A stretch of DNA of 64,000 bases from Deltaproteobacteria bacterium (lineage in GTDB: Bacteria; Myxococcota_A; Polyangia; Polyangiales; JADJMO01), in contig JALHOE010000006.1 in the NCBI GenBank assembly GCA_022843175.1, positions 13,985-77,984 of the forward strand, written 5' to 3'. Below, piece by piece: positions 43,862-53,678 of the stretch (its first letter is position 1; every line of letters begins with the position of its first letter). Under the pieces are notes generated by a model. The model was given only the letters and a program-made list of their open reading frames with translations, did not search any database and was not told where the DNA came from. The position numbers and the translations under genes are program-made.

Positions 43862-44956
43862 ATGAAACCATTCCGGTGCGCGAAGTCATGGTTTCGTTCA
43901 ACCGTGCCGACTTCCAGTGAACGCCCGGTTGGTGCTACGCACCCACACACCGTGGATCACCAAGTGCTCGTCGTCGGGTGTGGCTCGATCGGGCGGAGGC
44001 ACCTCCGGAACCTGCGCTCCCTCGGCGTCGATCGCCTCCTCGGGGTCGACCCGCTCGCGGATCGCCGTGACCTGGTGGGCGCCGAGTTCGGCGCGACCAC
44101 GTTCGCCACTCTCGAGGACGCGTGGGCGGCTTCGCCGAGCATCGTCTTCGTCACCTCGCCATCCGCTCTACACGTCGAAGTCGCGGTCGAGGCGGCACGA
44201 CGAGGCTGCCATCTGTTCATCGAGAAACCGGTCTCCCACGTCAACGACGCGGCGTTGAGCGAGCTCGCCGACGAAGTCCGCGAGCGCCGGCTGGTCTCGT
44301 TGGTCGGGTGCAACCTGCGCTTCCACCCGGGCTTGCGTAAGCTCAAGGGAGTCCTGGGCGCGGGCCTTCTCGGTCGGGTTGTTTCCGCTCGAGCACAGTT
44401 TGGGCAGTACCTCCCCGACTGGCATCCGTGGGAAGACTATCGCCGCGGCTACAGCGCGCGTCGCGACCTTGGCGGCGGCATCGTCCTCGATGCGATCCAC
44501 GAGTTCGACTACCTGCGTTGGCTCTTCGGCGAGGTCGACATGGTGGCGGGGTTCGCTGGCCACCTCAGCCATATCGAGATCGACACCGAGGACACCGCCA
44601 GCGCGGTGCTGCGCTTCCGGAACGGCACGCTCGGCGAGCTGCACGTCGACTACGTCCAGCGCACGTATTCCCGCTCTTGCGAGGTCGTCGGCGATCGGGG
44701 GACCGCGATCTGGGACTTTCGCGCCCGCGAGGTCAGGGTTTACCTCGCCGAGACGGGGGCATGGACGACCGAGAAGCTCCCCGAGACCTGGGACGCCAAC
44801 GAGATGTACGTGGACGAGTTGCGTCACTTCTTCGCCTGCGTCGCGGGGCAGGAGCAGCCCGAGCAGGACATCGACGACGCGCGTCGCGTGCTCGCGCTTG
44901 CGCTCGCGGTGCTCGAATCCTCGCGAACCAACGCGATGGTGCGGCTCTCGCCGTGA
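43862..44956 (+). CDS. Gfo/Idh/MocA-family oxidoreductase
   Basis: QVLVVGCGSIGRRHLRNL is the Rossmann N-terminus. FIEKPV and a C-terminal alpha/beta domain are present. The start is ambiguous (ATG 43862 or GTG 43952); the track start at 43778 would overlap the divergent gene. Confidence 0.78.
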   Translation: MKPFRCAKSWFRSTVPTSSERPVGATHPHTVDHQVLVVGCGSIGRRHLRNLRSLGVDRLLGVDPLADRRDLVGAEFGATTFATLEDAWAASPSIVFVTSPSALHVEVAVEAARRGCHLFIEKPVSHVNDAALSELADEVRERRLVSLVGCNLRFHPGLRKLKGVLGAGLLGRVVSARAQFGQYLPDWHPWEDYRRGYSARRDLGGGIVLDAIHEFDYLRWLFGEVDMVAGFAGHLSHIEIDTEDTASAVLRFRNGTLGELHVDYVQRTYSRSCEVVGDRGTAIWDFRAREVRVYLAETGAWTTEKLPETWDANEMYVDELRHFFACVAGQEQPEQDIDDARRVLALALAVLESSRTNAMVRLSP

Positions 44957-46359
44957 CGGCGCCGCTCCTCGTCGTACGCGCGGACGCCTCCGCGGAGGTC
45001 GGAAGCGGACACCTCATCCGTTGCCTGGCCCTAGCACAGGCGTTCCGCGACTGCGGCGGCGAGACCGTGCTCGTCACGCGGGGGACCCCGCCGCCCGAGC
45101 TCGCCGACCACGCGGTGCGCCTCCCCGCTGGCGTGTCCGAAGAGAGCGAGGTCGCACAGACCGTCGCGCTCGCGGCGGAGCGGCAGGCAGCCTGGGTGGC
45201 CGTCGACGGCTACACGCTGCCGCGTGGCCTCGAGGAGGCCCTCCACCAGCGCGGCCTCCGCGTGCTGTCGCTCGACGACAGCGGGACGCGGCGCGCCGCG
45301 TACGCGGATTTGGTCCTCGACCAGACGGCCACGACCTCGGCCTACGGCGACGCGGAGGTGTTGCTCGGTCCGGAGTTCGTGCTCCTCCGCCGCGAGCTCA
45401 GGCTCGCGAGCGTGGCGAGGGAACGCGGCGCCGAGCGCGTGCTCGTCACGTTCGGCGGCAGCGACCCGCTTCGTCTCACCCGACCGGTCGTCGAGCGGCT
45501 GCAGGAGCGCGGCGGTTTCCACATCCGCGCCGTCGTCGGGCCGCACGCCGAGGCGCTGCCGCCGCTCGAGGGGGTCGAGGTCATCGTCTCGGCGCCGTCG
45601 ATGGTGCCCCACTTGGTGTGGGCCGACCTCGCCATCGGCGCCGCCGGCTCGACGACATGGGAGCTTGCGTTCACGGGCACCCCGAGCGTGCTCGTACGCG
45701 CCGCGGAGAACCAAAGGGCCGTGGTCGACACCGCCACGTCAGCCGGCGTCGCGACCGCAGCGGCGCCCGACCCGGCCGCGATCGTCGACGCGCTCGCCGC
45801 CCTCGCGGCCGATCGCGCCCGCGCGTCGCTGATGGCTGAGAACGGCCGGCGCCTCATCGACGGGCGTGGCGCGCTCAGGGTGGTCCAGATCCTGCGCGAG
45901 CGAGCCGGGCTCGACACCATCGACGAGCTCGTATTCCACGCAGCGCGTGCGGAAGACAGCGACCTCCTGCTGCGGCTGCGAAACGACGAGCAGACTCGCC
46001 GCAACTCCCTCGACTCGGGCGAGGTGCCGCTCGCCGCTCACGAGCGCTGGCTCTCGGCCTCGCTGCGGAGCCCGACCCGTCGGCTCTACGTCGTCCACGA
46101 GCGGGGCGCGCCGATCGGTACAGTGAGGTTCGACCAGCGACCGGGCGAGACCGAGCTCTCATGGACCGTTGCGCCCGAGGCGCGGGGGCGCGGGCTCGGC
46201 CGTCGGCTCCTGCTCGCGGCGCGGTGCATGGCGCGTGGCAGATTGATCGCAACAATCAAGCGTTCAAACGAGGCGTCCCAGCGCATGGCCCTGTCCGCCG
46301 GGTTCCACGACCTCGATCCAAGCCGTGAGCCCGCTACGTTCGTCCTCGACCGCCCCTGA
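44953..46359 (+). CDS. pseG: Fused PseG-like UDP-sugar hydrolase / PseH-like GNAT N-acetyltransferase
   Basis: The GTG start is a GTGA overlap with the upstream stop. The N-terminal half (RADASAEVGSGHLIRCLALAQAF, VTFGGSDP, AGSTTWELA) is GT28-like PseG. The C-terminal ~160 aa (LRLRNDEQTRRNS...HERWL...GRGLGRRLL) is GNAT. Confidence 0.82.
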   Translation: MTAPLLVVRADASAEVGSGHLIRCLALAQAFRDCGGETVLVTRGTPPPELADHAVRLPAGVSEESEVAQTVALAAERQAAWVAVDGYTLPRGLEEALHQRGLRVLSLDDSGTRRAAYADLVLDQTATTSAYGDAEVLLGPEFVLLRRELRLASVARERGAERVLVTFGGSDPLRLTRPVVERLQERGGFHIRAVVGPHAEALPPLEGVEVIVSAPSMVPHLVWADLAIGAAGSTTWELAFTGTPSVLVRAAENQRAVVDTATSAGVATAAAPDPAAIVDALAALAADRARASLMAENGRRLIDGRGALRVVQILRERAGLDTIDELVFHAARAEDSDLLLRLRNDEQTRRNSLDSGEVPLAAHERWLSASLRSPTRRLYVVHERGAPIGTVRFDQRPGETELSWTVAPEARGRGLGRRLLLAARCMARGRLIATIKRSNEASQRMALSAGFHDLDPSREPATFVLDRP

Positions 46360-46375
46360 CACCGGAGATTCGCGT

Positions 46376-47431
46376 ATGCCCCGCACCATCACCATCAATG
46401 GCCGCACGATCGGACCCTCCCATCCGACGTACATCGTGGCGGAAATGTCGGCGAACCATAACCAGGACTTCGACCGCGCGATCCGGCTCCTCGAGATCGC
46501 GAAGGAGGTCGGCGCCGACGCGGTCAAGCTGCAGACGTATACCGCGGATTCGCTCACCATCGACTCGGATCGCGAGTACTTCCGGGTCGGCAAGGGCACT
46601 CTCTGGGAGGGCAAGACGCTCTACGGTCTCTATCAGGAGGCATTCACGCCCTGGGAGTGGCAGCCGAGGCTGATGGAGGTCGCGCGGCAGCTGAAGATCG
46701 ACCTCTTCTCGACGCCGTTCGACGAGCCGGCGATCGAGCTGCTGGAGAAGATGGAGGTGCCGGCGCACAAGGTCGCGTCATTCGAGATGGTGGACCTCGG
46801 GTTAATCCGGCGCGTAGCCCGCACGGGCAAGCCCATGATCATGTCCACTGGCATGTGCACGCTCGCCGAGATCGAGGACGCGGTGAACGCCGCGCGCGAG
46901 GGCGGCGCCACGGACATCGTGCTGCTCAAGTGCACGAGCGCCTATCCGGCCCCGCCCGAGGACGCGAACCTCTCGACCATTCCTCATCTCGCCGAGGCTT
47001 TCGATGTCGCGACTGGCCTCTCCGACCACACGCCCGGTCACACCGTCCCGGTCGCTGCGGTCACCCTCGGCGCGTGCGTCGTCGAGAAGCACTTCACCAT
47101 CTCCCGCGCCGATGGCGGACCGGACAGCGCGTTCTCCCTCGAGCCTGACGAGTTCAAGGCCCTGGTCGCGGCGGTACGCATTGCCGAGCGCGCGGTGGGG
47201 CGGGTGCACTACGGCGTTGCGCCGGCCGAGGCCGCGAGCCGTAACTTCCGCCGCTCGCTCTTCGTCGTGAGAGACGTAAAGGCCGGCGAGCTCTTCACCG
47301 CCGACAACGTGCGTTCGATCCGGCCCGGCCACGGCCTGCCGCCGAAGTTCATGACGGAGGTGCTCGGACGTCGCGCCGCCGAGGACATCGCTCGCGGGAC
47401 GCCGCTCACGTGGTCGCTCCTGCGCTCGTAG
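46376..47431 (+). CDS. pseI: Pseudaminic acid synthase (NeuB family)
   Basis: The ATG at 46376 gives MPRTITINGRTIGPSHPTYIVAEMSANHNQDFDRAIRLLEIAKEVGADAVKLQTY. A C-terminal SAF domain is present (RRSLFVVRDVKAGELFT). Confidence 0.88.
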   Translation: MPRTITINGRTIGPSHPTYIVAEMSANHNQDFDRAIRLLEIAKEVGADAVKLQTYTADSLTIDSDREYFRVGKGTLWEGKTLYGLYQEAFTPWEWQPRLMEVARQLKIDLFSTPFDEPAIELLEKMEVPAHKVASFEMVDLGLIRRVARTGKPMIMSTGMCTLAEIEDAVNAAREGGATDIVLLKCTSAYPAPPEDANLSTIPHLAEAFDVATGLSDHTPGHTVPVAAVTLGACVVEKHFTISRADGGPDSAFSLEPDEFKALVAAVRIAERAVGRVHYGVAPAEAASRNFRRSLFVVRDVKAGELFTADNVRSIRPGHGLPPKFMTEVLGRRAAEDIARGTPLTWSLLRS

Positions 47432-47455
47432 CCGGCGTCGCACGCCCCGAGCAGC

Positions 47456-48136
47456 TCACGACTCGCGACCAGCGAGCTCGCGCCACGGTAGCCAGCGTTT
47501 CGCGAGCTCGTGACGCTCGAAGAGCGCGCGGACGTTCGCGAGGTCTTCGGGTGTGTCGACCGTCCACCGGAGGTGTCCGAAGCTTGGTTCGTGGCGCCGC
47601 GCGCGAGCCCTGAACTGCTCCGGATGCTCGCGCACGTAGACCGTTACGTGCTCTCGCCCGCGCGCGGTCTGGTCTGCCGCGTACGCTGCCTCGAGCGCGC
47701 GTGCGCTCACCGCCTCGACCGACAACCCGTACGGATACGTCCCGCTCGTCGTGGTCTCGATGTATTCGAGCTCGGGCGCGCCCTGCAGCTCGTCGAGTGT
47801 CTCGTCGATGAAGGCGGGGTCGACGAGCGGATTGTCGGCCGTGAGCCGTACGATGACGTCGGCGTGCGCCGCACGCGCCGCGCCAACGAAGCGTTCCAGC
47901 ACGTCCTCCTCGGGGCCGCGGTGGACCGAATACCCGAGCTGCGCGGCGAGCGCGGCGACTGGATCGTTCTCGGGCGCCACGCTGGTCGCGAGGACCACGT
48001 CGGAGATCGACCTCGCCTCGCCCGCGTGGCGCAGCGCCCACTCGACGAGCGAACGACCAGCGAGCTCCGCGAGCACCTTTCCGGGCAGCCGCTGAGACCC
48101 GAAGCGCGCCTGCACGATGGCGACGAACCGCGTCAC
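47456..48136 (-). CDS. Cytidylyltransferase (SpsF/PseF-like, CTP_transf_3)
   Basis: The GTG start is a GTGA overlap with the upstream stop. VAIVQARFGSQRLPGKVL is the N-terminal nucleotide-binding motif, and RLTADNPLVDP is also present. Confidence 0.75.
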   Translation of the reverse strand: MTRFVAIVQARFGSQRLPGKVLAELAGRSLVEWALRHAGEARSISDVVLATSVAPENDPVAALAAQLGYSVHRGPEEDVLERFVGAARAAHADVIVRLTADNPLVDPAFIDETLDELQGAPELEYIETTTSGTYPYGLSVEAVSARALEAAYAADQTARGREHVTVYVREHPEQFRARARRHEPSFGHLRWTVDTPEDLANVRALFERHELAKRWLPWRELAGRES

Positions 48137-48867
48137 AGGTACTGCCCGGCGTCGACCTTCAATACCTGACCGGTGACATGGCGGGCCCCATCGCTGCAGA
48201 AGAAGCCGACGACATCCGCGACATCCTCGGGCGTGCCGAGGCGCTTGATCGCGCACTCCTTGAGCACGAGATCACGCACCAGCTCCGGCGTACGCGCCTG
48301 CGAGGGTGTCTCGATGTAACCGGGGGCGATGAGGTTGACATTGACGTCGTAGCGCCCGAGCTCCGCAGCCGCCGTCTTCACGAGCCCGATCATCCCGGCC
48401 TTGGCCGCGTTGTAACTGATCGTTCCCACGCGACCGCGGAGGCCGTTGATCGATCCGATGCAGACCACCCGCCCGCCGCGGCGAGCTACGAACCCCTCCG
48501 AGCAGGCGCGAAGGTAGTTGAACGCCCCCTTGAGCGAGATGCGCAGAACGTCGTCCCAGTCGCTCTCGGTGGCGCTCCAGATTGGGTTGCTCCGGGCGAC
48601 GCCGGCGTTGCAGACGAGCGCGAAGACCGGCCCGAGCTGCGCCTCGACCTCGCGGACGGCAATCCCTGCTTGCTCGAAGTCGCCGACGTCGGCGCGAACG
48701 GCGTGGGCACGCTTCCCTGCGGCCGCGAGCTCCCGCTGCAACGCCATCGCAGCTGCCTCGTCCTGCAGGTAGGTGAACGCGACGTCATACCCGTCGGCGG
48801 CGAGCTTGCGGACGATCGCCGCGCCGAGCCCGCGAGAGCCCCCGGTGACGAGCGCGACGCGGCTCAC
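48133..48867 (-). CDS. Short-chain dehydrogenase/reductase (FabG-like)
   Basis: The GTG start gives VALVTGGSRGLGAAI. NAGV and YNAAKAG (the YxxxK motif) are present. Confidence 0.85.
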   Translation of the reverse strand: MSRVALVTGGSRGLGAAIVRKLAADGYDVAFTYLQDEAAAMALQRELAAAGKRAHAVRADVGDFEQAGIAVREVEAQLGPVFALVCNAGVARSNPIWSATESDWDDVLRISLKGAFNYLRACSEGFVARRGGRVVCIGSINGLRGRVGTISYNAAKAGMIGLVKTAAAELGRYDVNVNLIAPGYIETPSQARTPELVRDLVLKECAIKRLGTPEDVADVVGFFCSDGARHVTGQVLKVDAGQYL

Positions 48868-49880
48868 TTGGCTCCCCTCCGCCGGCCGACGATCCACATG
48901 TGCGACGAGAGGCCGTTCGTGGCGAGGAAATCCTGAAACTTCTCGCCGAGCTCGTCCCACCGGTCGAGGAGCACCGAGCGGAGGAGCGGTTGCTGGTCGA
49001 GCGAGTGCTCGCCCGCCAGCACGCGCTTGCGCACGAGCTCGGCGTCGAGGCGGCCGGGGGTGAATGCCTCGAGCGTCTCGAACCCGCACTCGCCGAGCAG
49101 CTTGCCGAGCGACGCGGGGTGGAAGTAATTGAGGTGCTCGACGTCGACGGCGCCGGACTTCTCGCGCAGCTCCATAATGTCGAAGCCGCGGACGTTGGGG
49201 CAGGTCAGGACGATGAGCCCGCCCGGGCGCACCTGCGCGGCGCAGTCCTCGAGGAACCGACGGGGGGAAAAGAGGTGCTCGATCACTTCGTAGCTCGCGA
49301 CGACGTCGATCGGTACGTCGAGCTTGACCTTCTCGATCGGCGCCTCGATCACCTCGAGGCCCTTGCGCCGGCAGGTCGCCGCCAGGTCGGGCGTGGGCTC
49401 GACCGAGAACACGCGCGAGAACGTGCCGATGCGCTTGATCTCCTCGCCAAAGGTGCCGAAACCCGCACCGACCTCGAGAAGCGTGCCTCCCTTGATGCCG
49501 TAGCGACCGCAGATCTCGGCCAGCCGCTCGGCGCGTGGGCGAAAGATGCGCTCACGACGCGCGTCCTCGGAAGCGGGGAAGATGAACTTGTTCCAGTACG
49601 CGTAGTTCTCGGACGTCGCGTAATACTGCTCGAGTAGCGACGGCGGCGGGCGCGGCGAGATGTAGACGGTGCCGCACCCGAGGCACTCGACGTAGCTCAT
49701 CTCGTACTTCTGCCAAGCGGGCTTGCGCGGGGCATTGGCGCACGCCGGGCAGTCAACCTCGACGAACTCGCTGCGCCGCTCAAGGAGGCGCGCGACGTCG
49801 GCGGCAAAGAGCTTGGCCTGGTCGACCATGAGATGGTCGGGGCGGATGTCGTTCTCGGAGAGCGTGGGGGTGGTCGCCAT
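48864..49880 (-). CDS. Class I SAM-dependent methyltransferase with N-terminal Cys4 cluster
   Basis: 338 aa. CPACANAP...CLGCGTVY is a zinc-ribbon-like cluster. LLEVGAGFGTFG is the SAM motif I. Confidence 0.8.
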   Translation of the reverse strand: MATTPTLSENDIRPDHLMVDQAKLFAADVARLLERRSEFVEVDCPACANAPRKPAWQKYEMSYVECLGCGTVYISPRPPPSLLEQYYATSENYAYWNKFIFPASEDARRERIFRPRAERLAEICGRYGIKGGTLLEVGAGFGTFGEEIKRIGTFSRVFSVEPTPDLAATCRRKGLEVIEAPIEKVKLDVPIDVVASYEVIEHLFSPRRFLEDCAAQVRPGGLIVLTCPNVRGFDIMELREKSGAVDVEHLNYFHPASLGKLLGECGFETLEAFTPGRLDAELVRKRVLAGEHSLDQQPLLRSVLLDRWDELGEKFQDFLATNGLSSHMWIVGRRRGAK

Positions 49881-49887
49881 GGTCTTC

Positions 49888-51060
49888 CTAGCGGTGGACC
49901 GGGCCGTAGCTGGACGGCTCGCCCCAGATGTTGTCCTTCACCCACTCGTTGTTCTCGATCCGCCACACGCGCGGATCGCGGAAGGTGTCGCACGTGATGT
50001 CGAACTCTTCTTCGGTCATGCCCACGTAGGTGAGCCAACGGCCCAGGTCGCGGCGCGGCTTTACGTGATCGTACTTACGCACCATCTCGATGGCCTGCTC
50101 ACGGGTCATGTGCCCGGCGCGCACGTCTTTGCACGCGTGATCGGAGGCGCGGCCGTATCCGAACTTGATGAACTTCAGGTAGTCGTGGATGCCATTCTCG
50201 TGCATGTCGTCGAGATTCGACATCTTGCGGTAGGTGCGTTCGAACTCCTGTTCGGCGGCCCTCCACCCGTACTTGTCGATCATGAGCTGGGTGTGCTTGT
50301 TCGCGTCCCACTTGAGGTAGTTCGCGAGGTAGACGCCACGCACGCCGACGTCGGCGATCTCGGCGTCCGACGGGTACTGCCCCCACAGGAGATCCTTCGG
50401 GCGGAGGCCCTCTTTGAGCTCGGGGCGCTTCAGCTTGTCGAGCCCCTCGTCGGTGAAGTCGTGCCAGTCGAAGCCACGGAGCGAGTGCTCGAGCCGATGC
50501 TTGGCGGTGAACTCGACGAAGTCGTTGTACGAGTACATGCCGGCCAGGTCCATGAACCCGTGCTCGCCCCAGAGCATCAGCGGCACCTTATAGCGAACGG
50601 CGACCTGAATCGGCGTGGTGAAGATGCCGCAGTGCGCGTGCCAATTCATGTCGCCCTGCAGCCGAAAGCCGAGCCGGTTCATCTTGATCAGCGCGTCGAC
50701 GCTCGGACGCACGATGATGTGATCGCAGTCGAATACCTCGCGCATGCGCTGCAGGTTGTACTCACCCTCCGGCAGGTAGTTGTTGCCGTGGTACGTGACG
50801 AGCAACGGCTTGAGGCCCAGCTCCTTGCAGATGTGCGTTTGGAAGTAGCTATCCTTGCCGCCACTAACGGGAACGATGATGTCGTAGTTGTTGTCGGCGC
50901 GGTACTCGTCGACGAGCTCCCGGAACAACTGAAAACGCGCGTCCCAGTCGACTTTCTGCGGCTGGAGAGCGACGCGGCAGCCGGAGCAGACGCCGTTGGC
51001 GTCGAACGTGAGCGGCGTGGCCGCGGCCGAGGGATACACACATCGGGTGCAGTAACGCAT
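49888..51060 (-). CDS. N-acetyl sugar amidotransferase (WbpG/WbuX/PseA-type PP-loop enzyme)
   Basis: The ATG at 51060 gives MRYCTRCVYPSAAATPLTFDANGVCSGCR. IIVPVSGGKDSYFQTH is the PP-loop. The remainder is highly conserved in this family as I recall it. Confidence 0.85.
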   Translation of the reverse strand: MRYCTRCVYPSAAATPLTFDANGVCSGCRVALQPQKVDWDARFQLFRELVDEYRADNNYDIIVPVSGGKDSYFQTHICKELGLKPLLVTYHGNNYLPEGEYNLQRMREVFDCDHIIVRPSVDALIKMNRLGFRLQGDMNWHAHCGIFTTPIQVAVRYKVPLMLWGEHGFMDLAGMYSYNDFVEFTAKHRLEHSLRGFDWHDFTDEGLDKLKRPELKEGLRPKDLLWGQYPSDAEIADVGVRGVYLANYLKWDANKHTQLMIDKYGWRAAEQEFERTYRKMSNLDDMHENGIHDYLKFIKFGYGRASDHACKDVRAGHMTREQAIEMVRKYDHVKPRRDLGRWLTYVGMTEEEFDITCDTFRDPRVWRIENNEWVKDNIWGEPSSYGPVHR

Positions 51061-51073
51061 TCGTGACCTGCCT

Positions 51074-51859
51074 TTACAGCCGAACGTCAACGCCGCCCTT
51101 CGCGAGCGCGCGCTTGCCGCCGCGATCGGAGAGCTCCTTGAAGTGCCAAATGTTCGCTGCCGCGACGGCGGACGCGCCCGCACGGATGCCGTCCACGTAG
51201 TGCTCGTAGCGGCCGACGCCGCTGCACGCGATGACCGGAATCTTTACCGCCGACGCCACCGCATGGATCAGCTCGAGGTCGTAGCCCTCGCCTGTGCCGT
51301 CGCGGTCGATGCTTTGGAGGAGCAACTCGCCGGCGCCGCGGTCCTCCGCTTGCTTCGCGAGTTCGACTGAGGAGACGCCGGTGCGCGTGCGACCGCCGTC
51401 GACCATGACCTCCATCGCTCCGTCGAAGCGCTTGGTGTCGATGCTCACGACGATCGCCTGGCTGCCGAACACCTTGGCGCCCGCGGTGATCAGCTCGGGC
51501 GTGCGGTACGCGGCGGTGTTGAGCGTGATCTTGTCGGCGCCGCGCGAGAACCGCGCGCGCATGTCGTCGACCGTCCGAACGCGCCCGCCCCAGGTGAGCG
51601 GCATGAAGCACGTCTCGCTCACGCGCTCGAGGATATCGAGGGGGTCGGACATGCCACGCACGCGGTGGTCGTCTCGACCGAGGTCGTATTTGTCGTCCCG
51701 GGTCATGTCGAGGTAGATGAGCTCGTCGACGTTCCACTCGTTGAATCGGGCGACCTCGTGAATGGGGTTGCCGATGATTTGGTGAATGTCGAACGACTCG
51801 CTCCGGACGAGCATGCCGTTCTTGAGCAACAGGACCGGGATCAGGCGCTTCTTGAGCAT
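51074..51859 (-). CDS. HisF-like cyclase subunit (imidazole glycerol phosphate synthase paralog, WbuZ/HisF2-type)
   Basis: The ATG at 51859 gives MLKKRLIPVLLLKNGMLVRSESF. Also present are DELIYLD, GGRVRT and GAGELLLQSIDRDGTGEGYD. Confidence 0.88.
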   Translation of the reverse strand: MLKKRLIPVLLLKNGMLVRSESFDIHQIIGNPIHEVARFNEWNVDELIYLDMTRDDKYDLGRDDHRVRGMSDPLDILERVSETCFMPLTWGGRVRTVDDMRARFSRGADKITLNTAAYRTPELITAGAKVFGSQAIVVSIDTKRFDGAMEVMVDGGRTRTGVSSVELAKQAEDRGAGELLLQSIDRDGTGEGYDLELIHAVASAVKIPVIACSGVGRYEHYVDGIRAGASAVAAANIWHFKELSDRGGKRALAKGGVDVRL

Positions 51860-51861
51860 GC

Positions 51862-52485
51862 TCAGCTCGCGAGGGTGACGAAGCTCTTGAGCACCGCGAG
51901 GCCCGTCTTCTGGCTCTTCTCGGGGTGGAATTGGGTGCCGAAGATGTTTTCGTGCTCGATCGCGGCCACGAATGGCGGACCGTGTTCGCAGCGGCCGGCG
52001 ACGACGTTCGGATCCTGCGGAACCAGCGCGTAGCTGTGCACAAAGTAGAACGTCGGCGACTCGCCGAGCTCGCGAAACAGTCGACTGTCGGCCCTGAACT
52101 GCACGGCGTTCCAGCCGATGTGCGGAACGCGAAAAGCATTGTCCTCGGGCAGCCGCTCGACGGTGCCGGGAATCCAGCCGAGCCCCTCGTGGTCGCCGTG
52201 CTCGGTGCCGCGCGCGGCGACCAACTGCATCCCGAGACACAGCCCGAGGTAGGGCATCCCGCCGCGGCGGACGGAGGCTTCGAGCGCCTCTCGCCAACCG
52301 CGGTCGGTGAGGTTGCGCATACCGTCGCCGAAGGCGCCGACGCCGGGGAGAATCACGCGACCGACCTCCTTGAGCGACGCGGGATGATCGGAGATTAGCG
52401 GCTCGGCGCCGACCGCGCGGAGGGCATTCGCGACCGAGCGGAGGTTGCCCATCCCGTAGTCGATGACGAGGACCTTGTTGGTCAT
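51862..52485 (-). CDS. HisH-like glutamine amidotransferase subunit (WbuY/HisH2-type)
   Basis: The ATG at 52485 gives MTNKVLVIDYGMGNLRSV. The catalytic elements LPGVGAF, GLCLGMQ (Cys) and QFHPEKS (His/Glu) are present. Confidence 0.9.
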   Translation of the reverse strand: MTNKVLVIDYGMGNLRSVANALRAVGAEPLISDHPASLKEVGRVILPGVGAFGDGMRNLTDRGWREALEASVRRGGMPYLGLCLGMQLVAARGTEHGDHEGLGWIPGTVERLPEDNAFRVPHIGWNAVQFRADSRLFRELGESPTFYFVHSYALVPQDPNVVAGRCEHGPPFVAAIEHENIFGTQFHPEKSQKTGLAVLKSFVTLAS

Positions 52486-53678
52486 CGCGCGTAGGCCGAG
52501 AGGACCTTTTGCACGGCCGCGACGACGTCGCGCAGATCGGCGTCGGTCATGGTCGGAAACATCGGCAGGGAGAGGATCTGCTCGTACGCGGCCTCGGCGT
52601 TCGGGCACAGGCCGGGGCCGTAGCCGAACTTGCGGCGATAGTATGGGTGGAGGTGGACGGGGACGTAGTGCACGTTGATCCCGAGGCCCTCGGCACGGAG
52701 GGCGGCGAAGACCTCTTTTCGAGTGACACAAAGGGCCGCGTAGTCGATGCGGACGACGTAGAGATGGTAGGCGTGCTCGACCTCGGGGCGCTTGGCGAGC
52801 GGCGCGACGTGGGGGACTCCCCGAAACGCGGCGTCGTACATCGAGGCCAGCTCACGGCGGCGCTCGACCCACCCGCGCAGCTTCGCGAGTTGGGTGATGC
52901 CGAGCGCGCACTGCAGGTCGTTGAGTCGGTAGTTCCACCCGAGGTCGACCATCTCGTAGAACCACGAGCCCTGCTGCTCGCGCTGGCGGTGATCGGTCGT
53001 GATCCCGTGGTTGCGGAATACACGCATGCCGGCGGCTAGCGCGTCGTCGTTGGTGGTGATGACGCCGCCCTCGCCGGTGGTGATGTGTTTGACCGGGTGC
53101 AGGCTGAAGGCGCTCAGCTGGACGAACGAGCCGACCGGGCGTCCGCGATGGCTCCCGCCGAGCGCGTGACAGGCGTCGGTGATGAGCGTGATCCCTCGGC
53201 GCTCACAGAGCGCCTGCAGCGCGTCGTAGTCGCAGGGCTGACCCGCATAGTCGACTGCCACGACAGCTCGCGTACGGGCGGTGAGCTTCCGCTCGACGTC
53301 GGCCGGATCGACGAGCAGAGTGGCCGGATCGACGTCCGCAAAGATCGGGGTTGCGCCCTGATAGATCGCCGCGTTGCTCGACGCGGCGAAGGTCATCGCA
53401 GGGACGATGACCTCGTGCTCGGGCCCGACTTTGGCGGCGTGCATGCACGCGTGCAGCGCGGCGGTGCCATTGCATACGGCGACTGCATGCCGCGCGCCGG
53501 TGACCTCGGCGAAGGCGCGCTCAAACGCCTCGACTTTCGGGCCAGTAGTCAGCCAGTCGGATCGAAGGACGTCGACAACGGCCGCGATGTCGGCCTCGTC
53601 GATGCTCTGACGTCCGTAGGGGAGCAGCCTCGTGCGAACGGGCTCCCCGCCGTCGATCGCGAGCCGCGCGCCGCTCAT
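52482..53678 (-). CDS. pseC: UDP-4-amino-4,6-dideoxy-N-acetyl-beta-L-altrosamine transaminase-like (PseC, DegT family)
   Basis: 398 aa. LLPYGRQSIDEADIAAVVDVLRSDWLTTGPKVEAFE...CNGTAALH...SLHPVKHITTGEGG matches the PseC-type N-terminus and Lys motif. Confidence 0.85.
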   Translation of the reverse strand: MSGARLAIDGGEPVRTRLLPYGRQSIDEADIAAVVDVLRSDWLTTGPKVEAFERAFAEVTGARHAVAVCNGTAALHACMHAAKVGPEHEVIVPAMTFAASSNAAIYQGATPIFADVDPATLLVDPADVERKLTARTRAVVAVDYAGQPCDYDALQALCERRGITLITDACHALGGSHRGRPVGSFVQLSAFSLHPVKHITTGEGGVITTNDDALAAGMRVFRNHGITTDHRQREQQGSWFYEMVDLGWNYRLNDLQCALGITQLAKLRGWVERRRELASMYDAAFRGVPHVAPLAKRPEVEHAYHLYVVRIDYAALCVTRKEVFAALRAEGLGINVHYVPVHLHPYYRRKFGYGPGLCPNAEAAYEQILSLPMFPTMTDADLRDVVAAVQKVLSAYAR

